A stretch of DNA of 64,000 nt from Chloroflexota bacterium (GCA_002721675.1 PBLC01000008.1:9411-73410); one strand, 5' to 3'; shown: positions 1 through 10,084, numbered from the stretch's first letter. Translations and numbers: made by a program. Notes: generated from the letters alone by a model not told the origin.

Positions 1-354
1 GCTTTCGCTCAAACCATCCCAAATGAAGGATTGGTGGCTATATGTTTTAACTTATTTTTAATGGGCATCTCATTCGGCATGATATCTATATTTATTGGAA
101 CTTTAAGTGGCAACGCATCTCAAGCAGTTGGTATTGGTGGAGCACTGGCATTGATATCATATTTAATTGCAAATATTGCCCCATTAGTTGACTCCCTTAA
201 TAACACAAAATACTTCTCTTTATTTTATTACTACAAAGGCTCCGATCCTCTTAAGACTGGCTTTCATACTTGGCACTGGGCACCATTTTTAGCCATAACC
301 CTTATATTCTTCATATTATCAATTTATCAATTTAGAAAGAGAAACTTACTTTAA
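1..354 (+). CDS. ABC-2-type transporter permease, C-terminal fragment (5' end outside window)
   Basis: The frame is open from nt 1, with no stop before the TTG at 31. The translated tail is multi-TM hydrophobic (GISFGMISIFIGTLSG, APFLAITLIFFILSIY). The family call is by eye only. Confidence 0.4.
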   Translation, partial: AFAQTIPNEGLVAICFNLFLMGISFGMISIFIGTLSGNASQAVGIGGALALISYLIANIAPLVDSLNNTKYFSLFYYYKGSDPLKTGFHTWHWAPFLAITLIFFILSIYQFRKRNLL

Positions 355-356
355 AG

Positions 357-1616
357 TTACTCATTTCTCAATGCCATTATAGGATCCAATCTCGATGCTC
401 TAAATGCAGGATAAACTCCACTTACTAAACCTATTGCAAATGAAACAGCAAAAGCAACAAAGATGCTCCAAGGTTGAATTACAGTTCTCAAAGTAAACTC
501 ATCAAAAGTAAATTGTCCATCTAAAATAAATGAAATGATTACCCCTATAATAATTCCAATGATTCCGCCTAAAGAACTAAGGGTCAATGCTTCCCAAACA
601 AACTGTTTTATTATATCGCTTTTGGTTGCTCCCACCGCCCTTCTAATTCCTATTTCTCTGGTCCTTTCTGTTACTGATACCAACATTATATTCATTACCC
701 CTATTCCCCCTACAGCTAGAGAAATACCAGCAATGCCTCCAAGTAATAGAGATAAAATATTAGCTATTCCAGAAAAAGCTTGTAACAAATCTTTCTGACT
801 TTCTATAATAAAATCTGGAGAATTTACCTTATGTCTATCCATCAAAATTTGAGAAATTAATTCTTTTATTCTTGATTCATCAGCGTCTTCTGAGGTTTGT
901 ATAATTATATTATTAACATTCGTCTCTCCGGTAGGATTTTTTATAAAACTTATCCTCGCTTGCAAAGTAGATACCGGGATGAATACTGCATTATCCTCAT
1001 CTACTCCAACTGAAGCGCCTTTTTCAGAAATTACCCCAATTACCCTAAAATTAAAAAGGATTCTTCCTCCAGCTATAGAAATTCTTACATTCTTACCAAT
1101 TGGGGAATCTTCAGGAAATAACTGCTCTGAAATTGTATGCCCAAGAACGATATTTAAAGATTTTTTTTCAACATCATTCTCATCTATAAAGCGGCCCTCT
1201 CTCATATTTAATCTTCTTATTTCTGAATACGATAATTCAGTTCCTACAACTTGAACTCCTACATTATTTGATGAGGTTATGGCTTGAGCTCCAAAATCAA
1301 TCATTGAGGTCACTTTTTCAACTTCAGAAATTTGAGAGTCTATTATAGCTTGGCCATCCTCACGAGTTAGCGTGATTGCAGATCCTGCAGCACCTTTTTG
1401 TCCACCCTCCTCAGATGATCCTGGCTCAATAAAGATTAGGTTTGTTCCGAGTTGATTTATCTCATCTAAAACACCCTTAACAGCGCCTTGCCCAATAGCC
1501 ATTAAAACAATAACAGAACTTACACCTATTATTATCCCGAGTGTTGTAAGAAGGCTCCTTAAACCATTTGAAGCAATAGCTCTTAATGAAATTAATATCA
1601 GATCTTTTAAGCTCAT
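357..1616 (-). CDS. MacB/FtsX-family ABC transporter permease
   Basis: 419 aa with an N-terminal TM, a large extracytoplasmic domain and a C-terminal FtsX-type bundle (GGIGVMNIMLVSVTERTREIGIRRAVGAT). It overlaps the upstream ATPase gene by 4 nt. Confidence 0.85.
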   Translation of the reverse strand: MSLKDLILISLRAIASNGLRSLLTTLGIIIGVSSVIVLMAIGQGAVKGVLDEINQLGTNLIFIEPGSSEEGGQKGAAGSAITLTREDGQAIIDSQISEVEKVTSMIDFGAQAITSSNNVGVQVVGTELSYSEIRRLNMREGRFIDENDVEKKSLNIVLGHTISEQLFPEDSPIGKNVRISIAGGRILFNFRVIGVISEKGASVGVDEDNAVFIPVSTLQARISFIKNPTGETNVNNIIIQTSEDADESRIKELISQILMDRHKVNSPDFIIESQKDLLQAFSGIANILSLLLGGIAGISLAVGGIGVMNIMLVSVTERTREIGIRRAVGATKSDIIKQFVWEALTLSSLGGIIGIIIGVIISFILDGQFTFDEFTLRTVIQPWSIFVAFAVSFAIGLVSGVYPAFRASRLDPIMALRNE

Positions 1617-2287
1617 TTATTTAACTTATCTTTGATTATTTTTCCATCACTAATAAGTATTGTCCTATCAGTGAAGTCTGCCACTTCAGATTCATGAGTA
1701 ACTATAATTACTGTTATTTTTTCTTTTCTGACTAAATTTTTTAGGATGCTCATTATTTCTTTGCCAGTTTTTATATCAAGTGCTCCTGTGGGTTCATCGG
1801 CTAAAACAACCCTAGGGTCCACAACCAATGATCTTGCAATTGAAACTCTTTGTTGCTGCCCACCACTTAATTGATTTGGTTTGAAGTCAATCCTGTCTAT
1901 AAGACCAACCATATCTAGTGCTTTTGCAGCTTTCAATCTTCTATCTTCAATATTCTGATAGATTAAGGGTAACTCCACTTGCTCAAGAGCGTTTAATCTT
2001 GGAAGCAAATTATAACTCTGAAAAACAAATCCAAATAATAGACCTCTAAGTAAAGATCTTTGATCATCATTAAGTTCAGACACATTACTATCTTGTATAA
2101 AATAATCTCCTGAAGTTGGATTATCAAGACAGCCTAAAATATTCATTAGTGTTGTTTTGCCTGAACCAGATTGGCCCATTATAGATATAAATTCACCTTG
2201 ATCAATTTCTAAATTCACAGACTTTAATGCGTGAACATTTTCAGCCTCAGTTTCGTAAATTTTATCAATGTTTTTTAAATCGATCAT
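1613..2287 (-). CDS. ABC transporter ATP-binding protein (MacB/LolD type)
   Basis: Walker A GQSGSGKTT, signature LSGGQQQRVSIAR, Walker B VVLADEPTGALD. Confidence 0.9.
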   Translation of the reverse strand: MIDLKNIDKIYETEAENVHALKSVNLEIDQGEFISIMGQSGSGKTTLMNILGCLDNPTSGDYFIQDSNVSELNDDQRSLLRGLLFGFVFQSYNLLPRLNALEQVELPLIYQNIEDRRLKAAKALDMVGLIDRIDFKPNQLSGGQQQRVSIARSLVVDPRVVLADEPTGALDIKTGKEIMSILKNLVRKEKITVIIVTHESEVADFTDRTILISDGKIIKDKLNK

Positions 2288-4453
2288 CTATTGACCCGCA
2301 CCACCTTTAAATCCTGAGGATCTACCTGGTGGACCTCCACGTGAACGAGGTGGCTCTTTATCTTCAATTACTGATTCTTTTATATCCGTTTTTGAATCTT
2401 TTTCACTAACTTTGTACTCTATGATAATTAAATCACCTTCGGTTACCCCTTCGGTTATAGAAGTTCTAATTCCGTCTGATTCTCCTGTTGTCACTTTAAC
2501 TTCTATTTCTTCATCTAATAATGATTTCTTTACATAACTTTCTTTGCTTTTTCTTGTAATTGCTTTTGAAGGAATCATTATTAAATCTTCCTTAAGATCT
2601 TTAAGGAGAATCACATTGGCTCCCATTCCTGCAGAAGGCATTTTGGAAGGAGCAAATTGTTCTACCAAGGCCATAATAGGATTAGATCCAAGCCCTGCCA
2701 TAGTTGACCTAGGCATACAACCTGATTTCATAACTTTCTCAACAACATCAGGAGATATATTACTTACATCAAAATCATTCCCTAATTGCTTCCTAATACA
2801 TTCTAAATCTAGATTGGATGGATCTATTCTCTGAGGACTAAAAGAATTATTCTGAGGAGAAATAAAACTTGCTAATTCAGAGGATCCAGATATTCCTGAT
2901 GCATATTTAGCTAATTCAGGTAGAGCGACAGCAATTTCTCTTGTTTTTAAAATTTCCGCTTCTACAGGATAAGATACAATGCCTTGAGTTATATTTGGAA
3001 TTATGCTGACATTTGAAATTTTCACAACATATGGCTGATCAGGCAAAGAGTCAAATAATGCTATTCCATATAAACCTTCATCAATTCCTTCAACATCTGA
3101 TTCAGATATTGCCAAGTCAACCGATATAGAAGTAATGTCACTAATTACACCAAGCAGAGTATTCGCTCCTACTTTATCCCCTACAGAAACATTAATTGAG
3201 CCTATAACTCCATCTCTCGGAGATTTAATCTCAAGAGAATCTAAGATATTTTGATTTTCTTGAACAGATAATTCAGCAGAATATACAACTTGTTTCTGCT
3301 TATTTATTTGGAATTCTGAAACTCCTGCAAGTATATCTTTTTCTGACTGAACAGCAGAATCTAAAGAAGCCTGGGATGAGAGGATAGACACATTAGCAGT
3401 ATCTATTGATAATTGAGCTTGCAATATATCCCTTTCAGAAGGGTTAAGTAATGAATTTAAGTTAGATTTGGCAGTTTCTAAATTACTCTTAGCAGTTAAA
3501 ACTGAGGATTCAGAAGTTTCTAAATTACTCTTAGCAGTATCTAGACTACTCAAAGCATTGGTATAAGTAGAATTAGCTAATAATATAGCTTTAGTAGTGG
3601 TTATTCTTGCGGTGGTTGGATCATTTTCACTTTTTATATCATCCAATAATCTAGATCTATTAGTTTCCGTCAGGGGTAAGTCGGCCGTTGAACAAACTGG
3701 GGCCTTCTCGTCAGCAAAAGGAGGGTCAGTCAATAAAGTTTCACAATAAGAATTTTGAGAGTTTAATAACTCAACGTAAGCATTATCAATAGAATTTTGA
3801 GCTGATACTATAGAACTTTGTGCGGAAACTATAGAACTTTGTGCAGAAACTACATTTGCTTCTGCGGAAACTACATTTGCTTCTGCGGAATTAACTTGAG
3901 ATAAATCTGGTTCTACTAATTTATCTAAAGCGATTTCAGCATTTTTAAGTTGCTGTTTAGATGATTCTAACTGTTGCTGGGCACTTATTTTAGACTGACT
4001 TGCATTCAGTTTTTCAGAATCAGTTGGGCTATCTAATAACTCATCTAGAGTAATTTTTGCTTGATTTAAGTTAGATCTAGAAATTTCCAAATTTCTCAAG
4101 GCGGTATCTTTATCAAAAGTAATAATAACTTCACCTTCTTTAATTTCGTCTCCTGCTGAAAACTTAACTTCATATACTTCACCTGTTGAATCAGAATATA
4201 AATTTGATTGTGCTCCAGCTTTTGCTGTTCCTGATGAAGTTAATGTAGTTGCCATATTTCCTTTTTCTGCAACTACTACTTCTTGTTCAAATAGGACTTC
4301 ATCTTCAGAGGAATTAAATAAAGCAAAAATATCAAAGTAGAAAGCGGTTATTAATATTACTACTCCAAATACTATTCCTGAAGTTATAAAAGGAAATCTT
4401 CTCTTTTTTGAAGCTAAAAGTTCTTCTATTTTTGTCTCTGACTTACTTGGCAT
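2288..4453 (-). CDS. HlyD/membrane-fusion-protein family adaptor, unusually long (721 aa)
   Basis: N-terminal TM anchor. Lipoyl/barrel-like segments (GEVIITFD, SPRDGVIGSINVSVGDKV) are split by a very long heptad-repeat region. It abuts the ATPase gene, giving the order adaptor-ATPase-permease. Confidence 0.7.
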   Translation of the reverse strand: MPSKSETKIEELLASKKRRFPFITSGIVFGVVILITAFYFDIFALFNSSEDEVLFEQEVVVAEKGNMATTLTSSGTAKAGAQSNLYSDSTGEVYEVKFSAGDEIKEGEVIITFDKDTALRNLEISRSNLNQAKITLDELLDSPTDSEKLNASQSKISAQQQLESSKQQLKNAEIALDKLVEPDLSQVNSAEANVVSAEANVVSAQSSIVSAQSSIVSAQNSIDNAYVELLNSQNSYCETLLTDPPFADEKAPVCSTADLPLTETNRSRLLDDIKSENDPTTARITTTKAILLANSTYTNALSSLDTAKSNLETSESSVLTAKSNLETAKSNLNSLLNPSERDILQAQLSIDTANVSILSSQASLDSAVQSEKDILAGVSEFQINKQKQVVYSAELSVQENQNILDSLEIKSPRDGVIGSINVSVGDKVGANTLLGVISDITSISVDLAISESDVEGIDEGLYGIALFDSLPDQPYVVKISNVSIIPNITQGIVSYPVEAEILKTREIAVALPELAKYASGISGSSELASFISPQNNSFSPQRIDPSNLDLECIRKQLGNDFDVSNISPDVVEKVMKSGCMPRSTMAGLGSNPIMALVEQFAPSKMPSAGMGANVILLKDLKEDLIMIPSKAITRKSKESYVKKSLLDEEIEVKVTTGESDGIRTSITEGVTEGDLIIIEYKVSEKDSKTDIKESVIEDKEPPRSRGGPPGRSSGFKGGAGQ
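3807..3890 (-). repeat. Four tandem 21-bp units (2+2) inside the adaptor coiled coil
   Basis: actatagaactttgtgcggaa and actatagaactttgtgcagaa (1 mismatch), then actacatttgcttctgcggaa x2 (identical). They encode VSAQSSI x2 and VSAEANV x2. A related 42-bp-period repeat (gtttctaaattactcttagcagt) lies at about 3474 and 3516. Confidence 0.9.
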
Positions 4454-4547
4454 ATATTTATCCCTTTACTATAAGAATTATTTGAGGCATTAAATTTGTT
4501 TAAATTCTATTAATATCTAATAGTATTTTATCATTCAATTAATCTAA

Positions 4548-4565
4548 AATGTAACTTGTTACATT
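4548..4565. promoter_or_regulatory. 8-2-8 inverted repeat AATGTAAC-TT-GTTACATT in a divergent promoter region
   Basis: The arms are perfect and were read directly. The site lies 7 nt upstream of the GTG at 4572 (16 nt upstream of the ATG at 4581) of the YihY-like gene, and between it and the divergent MacAB-like operon. Its function is unknown. Confidence 0.3.
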
Positions 4566-4571
4566 AATTTT

Positions 4572-5534
4572 GTGTTATTTATGAGTACTTGGAATTCCAT
4601 AAGAAAAACTATACATGAAATGAATGCTCCACCTATCATGAGGAGCATCTATGATCTTTTTATTGGGTCTTTGAAGAAGTTTGCGATAGATGATGGAACT
4701 TATCTTGCCGCTGGAATGTCATATTACATTTTCTTCTCTGTATTTCCTTTTTTATTAGGTCTATTAGCTTTCTTAGGCATGTTTTTTAACCCAGAAAAAG
4801 CTGTAGATTTAGTAAAAGATGTTCTCGAAAGGCATTTACCAGGAATAGCAGACAGTCCATTAGTGTATGACAATTTGAAATTCGTTGATTTTAATAGAGG
4901 TTTAATTGGTGCAATTGCGGTTATTGGATTGCTTTGGACTGGAAGTGCAGTGTTTGGGGCACTATCTAGGATGATGAACAGGATTTGGAATATTCAGGAT
5001 AAGCGTTCCTTATTTAGAAGGAAGTTTACCGATATGCTTTTCACAATAACTATAGGTCTTGTTCTTTCTACAAATATTCTTATTGAGGCAATATATGCAA
5101 TAGTAGGAAGTTCAGTAGGCATAGAATCTGCTGGTGCGGATCAAACAAATCTTATAGAAAATTTATGGACTTTTACTACAATTCACATACTTCCACCTCT
5201 ATTAAGTATTGGGGTATTTGCTTTCATCTATAACGTGATACCACAAAGAAAAATGAAATTTAAAGAAAGTCTTTTAGCTGTAATATTGGGAGCAATGGTA
5301 TTTGAATATAATAAATCTCTTTTCGTTGCATATATAGCTAATTTTGGTAATTTTGATATGGTTTATGGAACTATCTCAGCAGTAATTATACTACTATTAT
5401 TCGCGTATATATCATCTATAATTGTAGTCTATTTTGCAGAAGTCAGTAATGTTTTCTCTACTATGAGGAGCAAGGGTAGGTTTAAATTAAGAAAAGAGAT
5501 TCTTTTTTCTAAGGGTGGGTTAAAGCGAATATAA
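4572..5534 (+). CDS. YihY/BrkB-family integral membrane protein
   Basis: 320 aa with about 6 TM segments and the family-typical N-terminal part (FAIDDGTYLAAGMSYYIFFSVFPFLLGL). The start could instead be the ATG at 4581. Confidence 0.7.
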   Translation: MLFMSTWNSIRKTIHEMNAPPIMRSIYDLFIGSLKKFAIDDGTYLAAGMSYYIFFSVFPFLLGLLAFLGMFFNPEKAVDLVKDVLERHLPGIADSPLVYDNLKFVDFNRGLIGAIAVIGLLWTGSAVFGALSRMMNRIWNIQDKRSLFRRKFTDMLFTITIGLVLSTNILIEAIYAIVGSSVGIESAGADQTNLIENLWTFTTIHILPPLLSIGVFAFIYNVIPQRKMKFKESLLAVILGAMVFEYNKSLFVAYIANFGNFDMVYGTISAVIILLLFAYISSIIVVYFAEVSNVFSTMRSKGRFKLRKEILFSKGGLKRI

Positions 5535-5567
5535 TAGTAATTCTAAATATTGATATGCAAAAAAAAG

Positions 5568-6464
5568 TTACCTCTTAGATAAAAAATACTTAAGGTCTAA
5601 TAAAAAAGCGATCCTGTGCTTCCATAAAAAAACAGAAGCAAAATAGACAGAGTAGGTAAATCTAAAAACATTTAAGAAATTATTTTTAATTCCCAAATGA
5701 TAAATTATTTTGAAAAAAATTATTAAATTAGGAATATACATCTCAAAAGTTATATTTTTTTTTGCGCGACTTCTTAATCGATTAGTCCTAAAAAAATATT
5801 TTTCTTTCCAATCAGAAAAAGGCTTTTCTTTAAAAACTCTTCTTTTTCTAAGAGGCTGATCAATTCTAATAATTTTTCCATATTGAAAAATCTCGTATAT
5901 TAATAAAACATCAGGCCAAAGAACATTTGAAAAAATACCTGTTTTAGATAAGTATTTTTTATTAAATACTCCATACACCATATCTCCGCTTCCTATAATT
6001 TTCCAAGGAAGGTCTAAATAATATTTTATATTGACATCTTTTCTTTCAATTCCAACTTTTTTATGGTCAGTAGTAGTATTTCCATCTTCATTAATATGCC
6101 CTACAGATGTAAAAATTAGTGAGAAATCTTGATTATATTCTTTAATTTTTTCATGAATGGTTTCAAGATAATTTTCTTCCAATATATCGTGTGATCCAGC
6201 CCACATAAAATAATTAGATTTTGAATATTTAAAAGCTAAATTAAAATTCACATACATTCCTAGATTTTCAGAATTTCTATAAACTTTAACTCTTTTATCT
6301 GATTCAAATTTTTTCAAAATTTCATATGTGCCATCTTCAGAATGATTATCAACAATTATTAATTCAAAATACTTAAAAGATTGGCTTAATATGGAATTTA
6401 CTGTTTCAGAAATAAATTCTTCATCATTGTAAACTGGCAAACCTATTGATATTACTGGATCCAT
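5568..6464 (-). CDS. Family-2 glycosyltransferase
   Basis: The N-terminus ISIGLPVYNDEEFISETVNSILSQSF...ELIIVDNHSEDGT is the classic GT2 fold signature. The C-terminal part is hydrophobic. Confidence 0.8.
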   Translation of the reverse strand: MDPVISIGLPVYNDEEFISETVNSILSQSFKYFELIIVDNHSEDGTYEILKKFESDKRVKVYRNSENLGMYVNFNLAFKYSKSNYFMWAGSHDILEENYLETIHEKIKEYNQDFSLIFTSVGHINEDGNTTTDHKKVGIERKDVNIKYYLDLPWKIIGSGDMVYGVFNKKYLSKTGIFSNVLWPDVLLIYEIFQYGKIIRIDQPLRKRRVFKEKPFSDWKEKYFFRTNRLRSRAKKNITFEMYIPNLIIFFKIIYHLGIKNNFLNVFRFTYSVYFASVFLWKHRIAFLLDLKYFLSKR

Positions 6465-7682
6465 TTATCTAACTATTTTTACTTCTGGCAGAGGTATAAT
6501 AAATTCCCCACTATACTTATATTTATTTTTTATTTCAGAAATTATTTCTTCAACAAAATTCCATGAAAAAATAAAAATTGCGTCTGGATTGTCTTCTATA
6601 ATGTCTTCTGGATTTTTTATAACTATATTTGTACCAGGAATATACTTGCCTTGTTTTAAAGTAGATTTATCATAAGTTTTGTCAATCAAATCTAAATCTA
6701 AAAAATTAACCATTGTTGTTGCTTTTGCAGGAGCTCCATACCCAATAACCTTCTTATTATTATTGTTTAATTCGGACAGTAAGTTGGTTATTTCTAATTT
6801 CATATCTTGAACTCTAAAGCAAAATTTATCTAGATAATCTGAGTGAATTTTTATTTTTTTCTCTTCTTGGAGGATTTTATTTACTGATTCTTTTATTCTT
6901 CTATATCCATAATGAGAAGCCTTTATATTTAATTGGCCGTGGTGGACATCAACAATTTCAGCATCAAAAATATCTAACTCATACTCATTAAAAATTCTCA
7001 CCATGTTAGTCAAAGACCAATATGAAAAATGTTCATGGTAAATTGTGTCAAAAGCATTGCCATCTATTAAAGATCCTAAATAATGAACCTCAATTACAAT
7101 AGTTCCTTCTTCTTTTAATAATAATTTTAAGCCTTTAACAAATTCACGGATTTCTGGTGTGTGGGCAAAAGTATTAGTTGATATAATAAAATCTGCTTTT
7201 CCATATTCCATTTCAATATCTTTTGCTGTATTAGAATTAAAATATTTATTTATAGTTTTAATCCCCTTTTTATTTGCACAATCTGCAAGATTTTCTGCTG
7301 GATCTACTCCTAAAATATTAGGTGTATACTTTATTGCATTCTCCAAAAAAGTCCCATCATTTGAGCCAATATCAATTAAAAAACTTGATTGTCCTAAAGA
7401 ATAATTTTTTCTGAGTCCAGAAATTATATTCTTAAAATGGGCAACCAATGTAGTTGAGTTAGATGGTGTATATAAATAATTTTCAAAAATCTGATTCTCA
7501 TCTACTCGATCTATGATTTGAATATGACCGCACTGACCTTTGCATCTACCTAGCACTAAAGGGATCCTAGAGGAACTTAAAGAATTCTTTTGTTCATTTT
7601 CAAGATTATTAGCTACTGAAGACAATCCAAGATCAAGGATAGATTCAACATCATTATTTTCACATAAAATACATCTAGTCAT
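6465..7682 (-). CDS. NDP-hexose C-methyltransferase-like class I SAM methyltransferase
   Basis: N-terminal Cys cluster (CILCENN...CKGQCGH), SAM motif LIDIGSNDGTF, and a C-terminal C-methyltransferase-type domain. The architecture matches TylCIII-like enzymes. Confidence 0.65.
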   Translation of the reverse strand: MTRCILCENNDVESILDLGLSSVANNLENEQKNSLSSSRIPLVLGRCKGQCGHIQIIDRVDENQIFENYLYTPSNSTTLVAHFKNIISGLRKNYSLGQSSFLIDIGSNDGTFLENAIKYTPNILGVDPAENLADCANKKGIKTINKYFNSNTAKDIEMEYGKADFIISTNTFAHTPEIREFVKGLKLLLKEEGTIVIEVHYLGSLIDGNAFDTIYHEHFSYWSLTNMVRIFNEYELDIFDAEIVDVHHGQLNIKASHYGYRRIKESVNKILQEEKKIKIHSDYLDKFCFRVQDMKLEITNLLSELNNNNKKVIGYGAPAKATTMVNFLDLDLIDKTYDKSTLKQGKYIPGTNIVIKNPEDIIEDNPDAIFIFSWNFVEEIISEIKNKYKYSGEFIIPLPEVKIVR

Positions 7683-8577
7683 AGTAATTCTTATTTTTTA
7701 TAATCCAATTTACTGTCTGATCTATCCCTTTGTTAAGTTCTATCTTCGGGGACCAATCTAACTGTTTGATTGAATTATTTATATCTGCTCTCATATAAGA
7801 AATTTCTTCGTCATTATCGTAATGATATTTAATATCAATTTTATACTCTAGTATTTTTGCTAATTTATTAACAATAAACTCAATAGATGTAGCATTACCA
7901 GAACCAATTTCTAAAAAATTAGCCTCTACTTTATTTGAAAATATTGATTTAATAATTGCATCTACCACATCATCAATATGAATAAAATCTCTTTTCGAAT
8001 TGGGTGATTTAATTTCAATTTCTTCATTTCTAATCATTTTTAAAGCTATTGATTGAATAAGTCTAAATTTGTAGTCGTATTGACCATAAGGAGTGAAAAG
8101 TCTTAACTCAGTACCATTAAAATTTAACCTTTCCTTATTTTCATTAAATATACGAGAAGCCTCCACTTTGCTCTGCTGATAATTTAGATTATCTTTGCTG
8201 TCATTTCTTAGGCTCGCTGCTCCAGAATTAATAAAAATTATTCGACTGTTAATTAATGAATCTTTTATTATTTCAATAAAATTTTCCAAGCCTAGGCAAT
8301 TTATATTCCTATGATCAGAAATGTCTTTTGGTGGAGGATAATACCTTGTTGAAATCATATAAACAATCACGTCTGGTTTAGTTATATGGATAACATCTTT
8401 TAAGGAATTTTTATTAGAAATATCTAACTTATAAAGATTAGAATCTTTAATCAATTTTGGTTTACTAGAGTGATAAGTAGAAAAAACTTCATATTCTGAA
8501 ATTAAATTTAACTTAGAATGTAAATTAATTCCTACAAATCCAGAACCTCCTAGCAATAATAATTTCATTAATCCCAA
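7675..8577 (-). CDS. NAD(P)-dependent sugar epimerase/reductase (SDR)
   Basis: Rossmann motif LLLGGSGFVGINL and catalytic YQQSK. It overlaps both neighbours. Confidence 0.75.
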   Translation of the reverse strand: MGLMKLLLLGGSGFVGINLHSKLNLISEYEVFSTYHSSKPKLIKDSNLYKLDISNKNSLKDVIHITKPDVIVYMISTRYYPPPKDISDHRNINCLGLENFIEIIKDSLINSRIIFINSGAASLRNDSKDNLNYQQSKVEASRIFNENKERLNFNGTELRLFTPYGQYDYKFRLIQSIALKMIRNEEIEIKSPNSKRDFIHIDDVVDAIIKSIFSNKVEANFLEIGSGNATSIEFIVNKLAKILEYKIDIKYHYDNDEEISYMRADINNSIKQLDWSPKIELNKGIDQTVNWIIKNKNYYD

Positions 8578-8993
8578 CTGAACTCTATTTTATCTATATC
8601 AATTGAATCACTTTCGGAATCATCGTGTTCAAGGTCAGTAATATTGACCAATAAATTATTATTTTCAATTCCTTTAAAGGCAAACCAGTTGCCAGGCGGC
8701 ACTGTAATGATTTGATGATTTGATTTAGATAATTCCATAATTATTGGGTCATTATCAAAATCATCTTCAAAAATTACCAATTTAATCTTCCCGATTGGCA
8801 CAATAAAATTGCAAGTTTGAACATTATGCTTAATCCAGCCTTTAATAAAATTATTTTTTACTTCGGAAAAATAGACTTCTTTTACATCAAAATCATTCAT
8901 TTCAGATTTTAAGAAGCCTTTAATTAAGTCCCCATTATTACTCTCTATAATAGAAATCTTCCTGAAATGAACATTTTTGCCTAACTTGCCCAA
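8568..8993 (-). CDS. RmlC-like cupin (sugar 3,5-epimerase family, short form)
   Basis: 141 aa with a cupin pattern (KGWIKHNVQ...IITVPPGNWFAF), sitting between the dehydratase and the reductase. Confidence 0.5.
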   Translation of the reverse strand: MGKLGKNVHFRKISIIESNNGDLIKGFLKSEMNDFDVKEVYFSEVKNNFIKGWIKHNVQTCNFIVPIGKIKLVIFEDDFDNDPIIMELSKSNHQIITVPPGNWFAFKGIENNNLLVNITDLEHDDSESDSIDIDKIEFSWD

Positions 8994-10084
8994 TTCATAC
9001 CTCTTTTTAATGCTAATTTTTCATAACTATTAATTTGGTTAATCGAATAGTCAAGCATTTCATCTTTATCTGAATAAAATTTTTTATACCAACCTATGGT
9101 TAAATCTATCATTTCTTCATAATTTAAAAGTGGCCCCCAACCTAATTCTTTTTTTGCTTTACTGCAATCCAATTGCAAAAGAGATGCTTCGTGAAAATTT
9201 GAAACTTCACTGATTTGAAAAGATTCCTCAGGATTCTTAAAACCCCATACTTTTGACATATCTAAAATTAACTCAGATACATTTTTCTTATTTTCTTCAT
9301 TAGGTCCAAAATTTAAATTTACTCCATTATTAACTTCATCTTTTAATAGTTTCTGAGCAAGCATTAAATATCCGCTTAATGGCTCGAGAACATGTTGCCA
9401 TGGCCTTGTAGATCTTGGACTTCTTATAGAAATGAGTGAATCATTGCTCCAGGATCTAATTGCATCTGGAACTATTCTATCTTTGCCCCAATCACCACCA
9501 CCTATAACATTTCCTGCTCTAGTAGTAGAAATTTTAGAACCTAGGGAGTTGCCTTTAAAGAAAGAGTGAAAATAGGCCTTGAATACTAATTCTGCAGCAC
9601 CTTTAGATCCACTATAAATATCCTTGCCCCCTAATAAGTCTTCTTCATTATATCCGCGTTCAAGTTCAAGATTGTCATAACATTTATCACTAGTAATAAT
9701 TACACCAGTAGTTTTTTTATTATTATTTCTTATTAAATCTAATACATTTGCGGTGCCTATTATGTTAGTTTGTAAAGTATTTAGAGGATCTTCATAGGAT
9801 TCAGATACTAATGGTTGAGCAGCCAAGTGGAACACTATATCAGGATTATACTCAAAAGCTTTACTCAAACCATCTATACCTAAAGAGATATCATATTCAA
9901 AATAATCTTCCATATATTCTCTAATATTTAACTCATTAAACATTGAAGGGTTAGAAGGATGATTATTAGATATTCCAATAACCCTAGCCCCAAGTTTGAT
10001 TAACCACAATGTCAACCAACTTCCCTTAAAGCCAGAATTTCCAGTAACTAAAACAGTTTTGCCTTCAAATAGATTATTAAACAT
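8981..10084 (-). CDS. rfbG: CDP-glucose 4,6-dehydratase
   Basis: N-terminus GKTVLVTGNSGFKGSWLTLWL and YSGSK catalytic motif, 367 aa, immediately downstream of the cytidylyltransferase. Confidence 0.85.
   Translation of the reverse strand: MFNNLFEGKTVLVTGNSGFKGSWLTLWLIKLGARVIGISNNHPSNPSMFNELNIREYMEDYFEYDISLGIDGLSKAFEYNPDIVFHLAAQPLVSESYEDPLNTLQTNIIGTANVLDLIRNNNKKTTGVIITSDKCYDNLELERGYNEEDLLGGKDIYSGSKGAAELVFKAYFHSFFKGNSLGSKISTTRAGNVIGGGDWGKDRIVPDAIRSWSNDSLISIRSPRSTRPWQHVLEPLSGYLMLAQKLLKDEVNNGVNLNFGPNEENKKNVSELILDMSKVWGFKNPEESFQISEVSNFHEASLLQLDCSKAKKELGWGPLLNYEEMIDLTIGWYKKFYSDKDEMLDYSINQINSYEKLALKRGMNWAS

Noticed and set aside
3460-3900. Tandem repeats as a CRISPR-like or satellite array
   Set aside because: The units are 21 and 42 bp with no unique spacers. 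They are in frame and encode heptad repeats of the MFP coiled coil.
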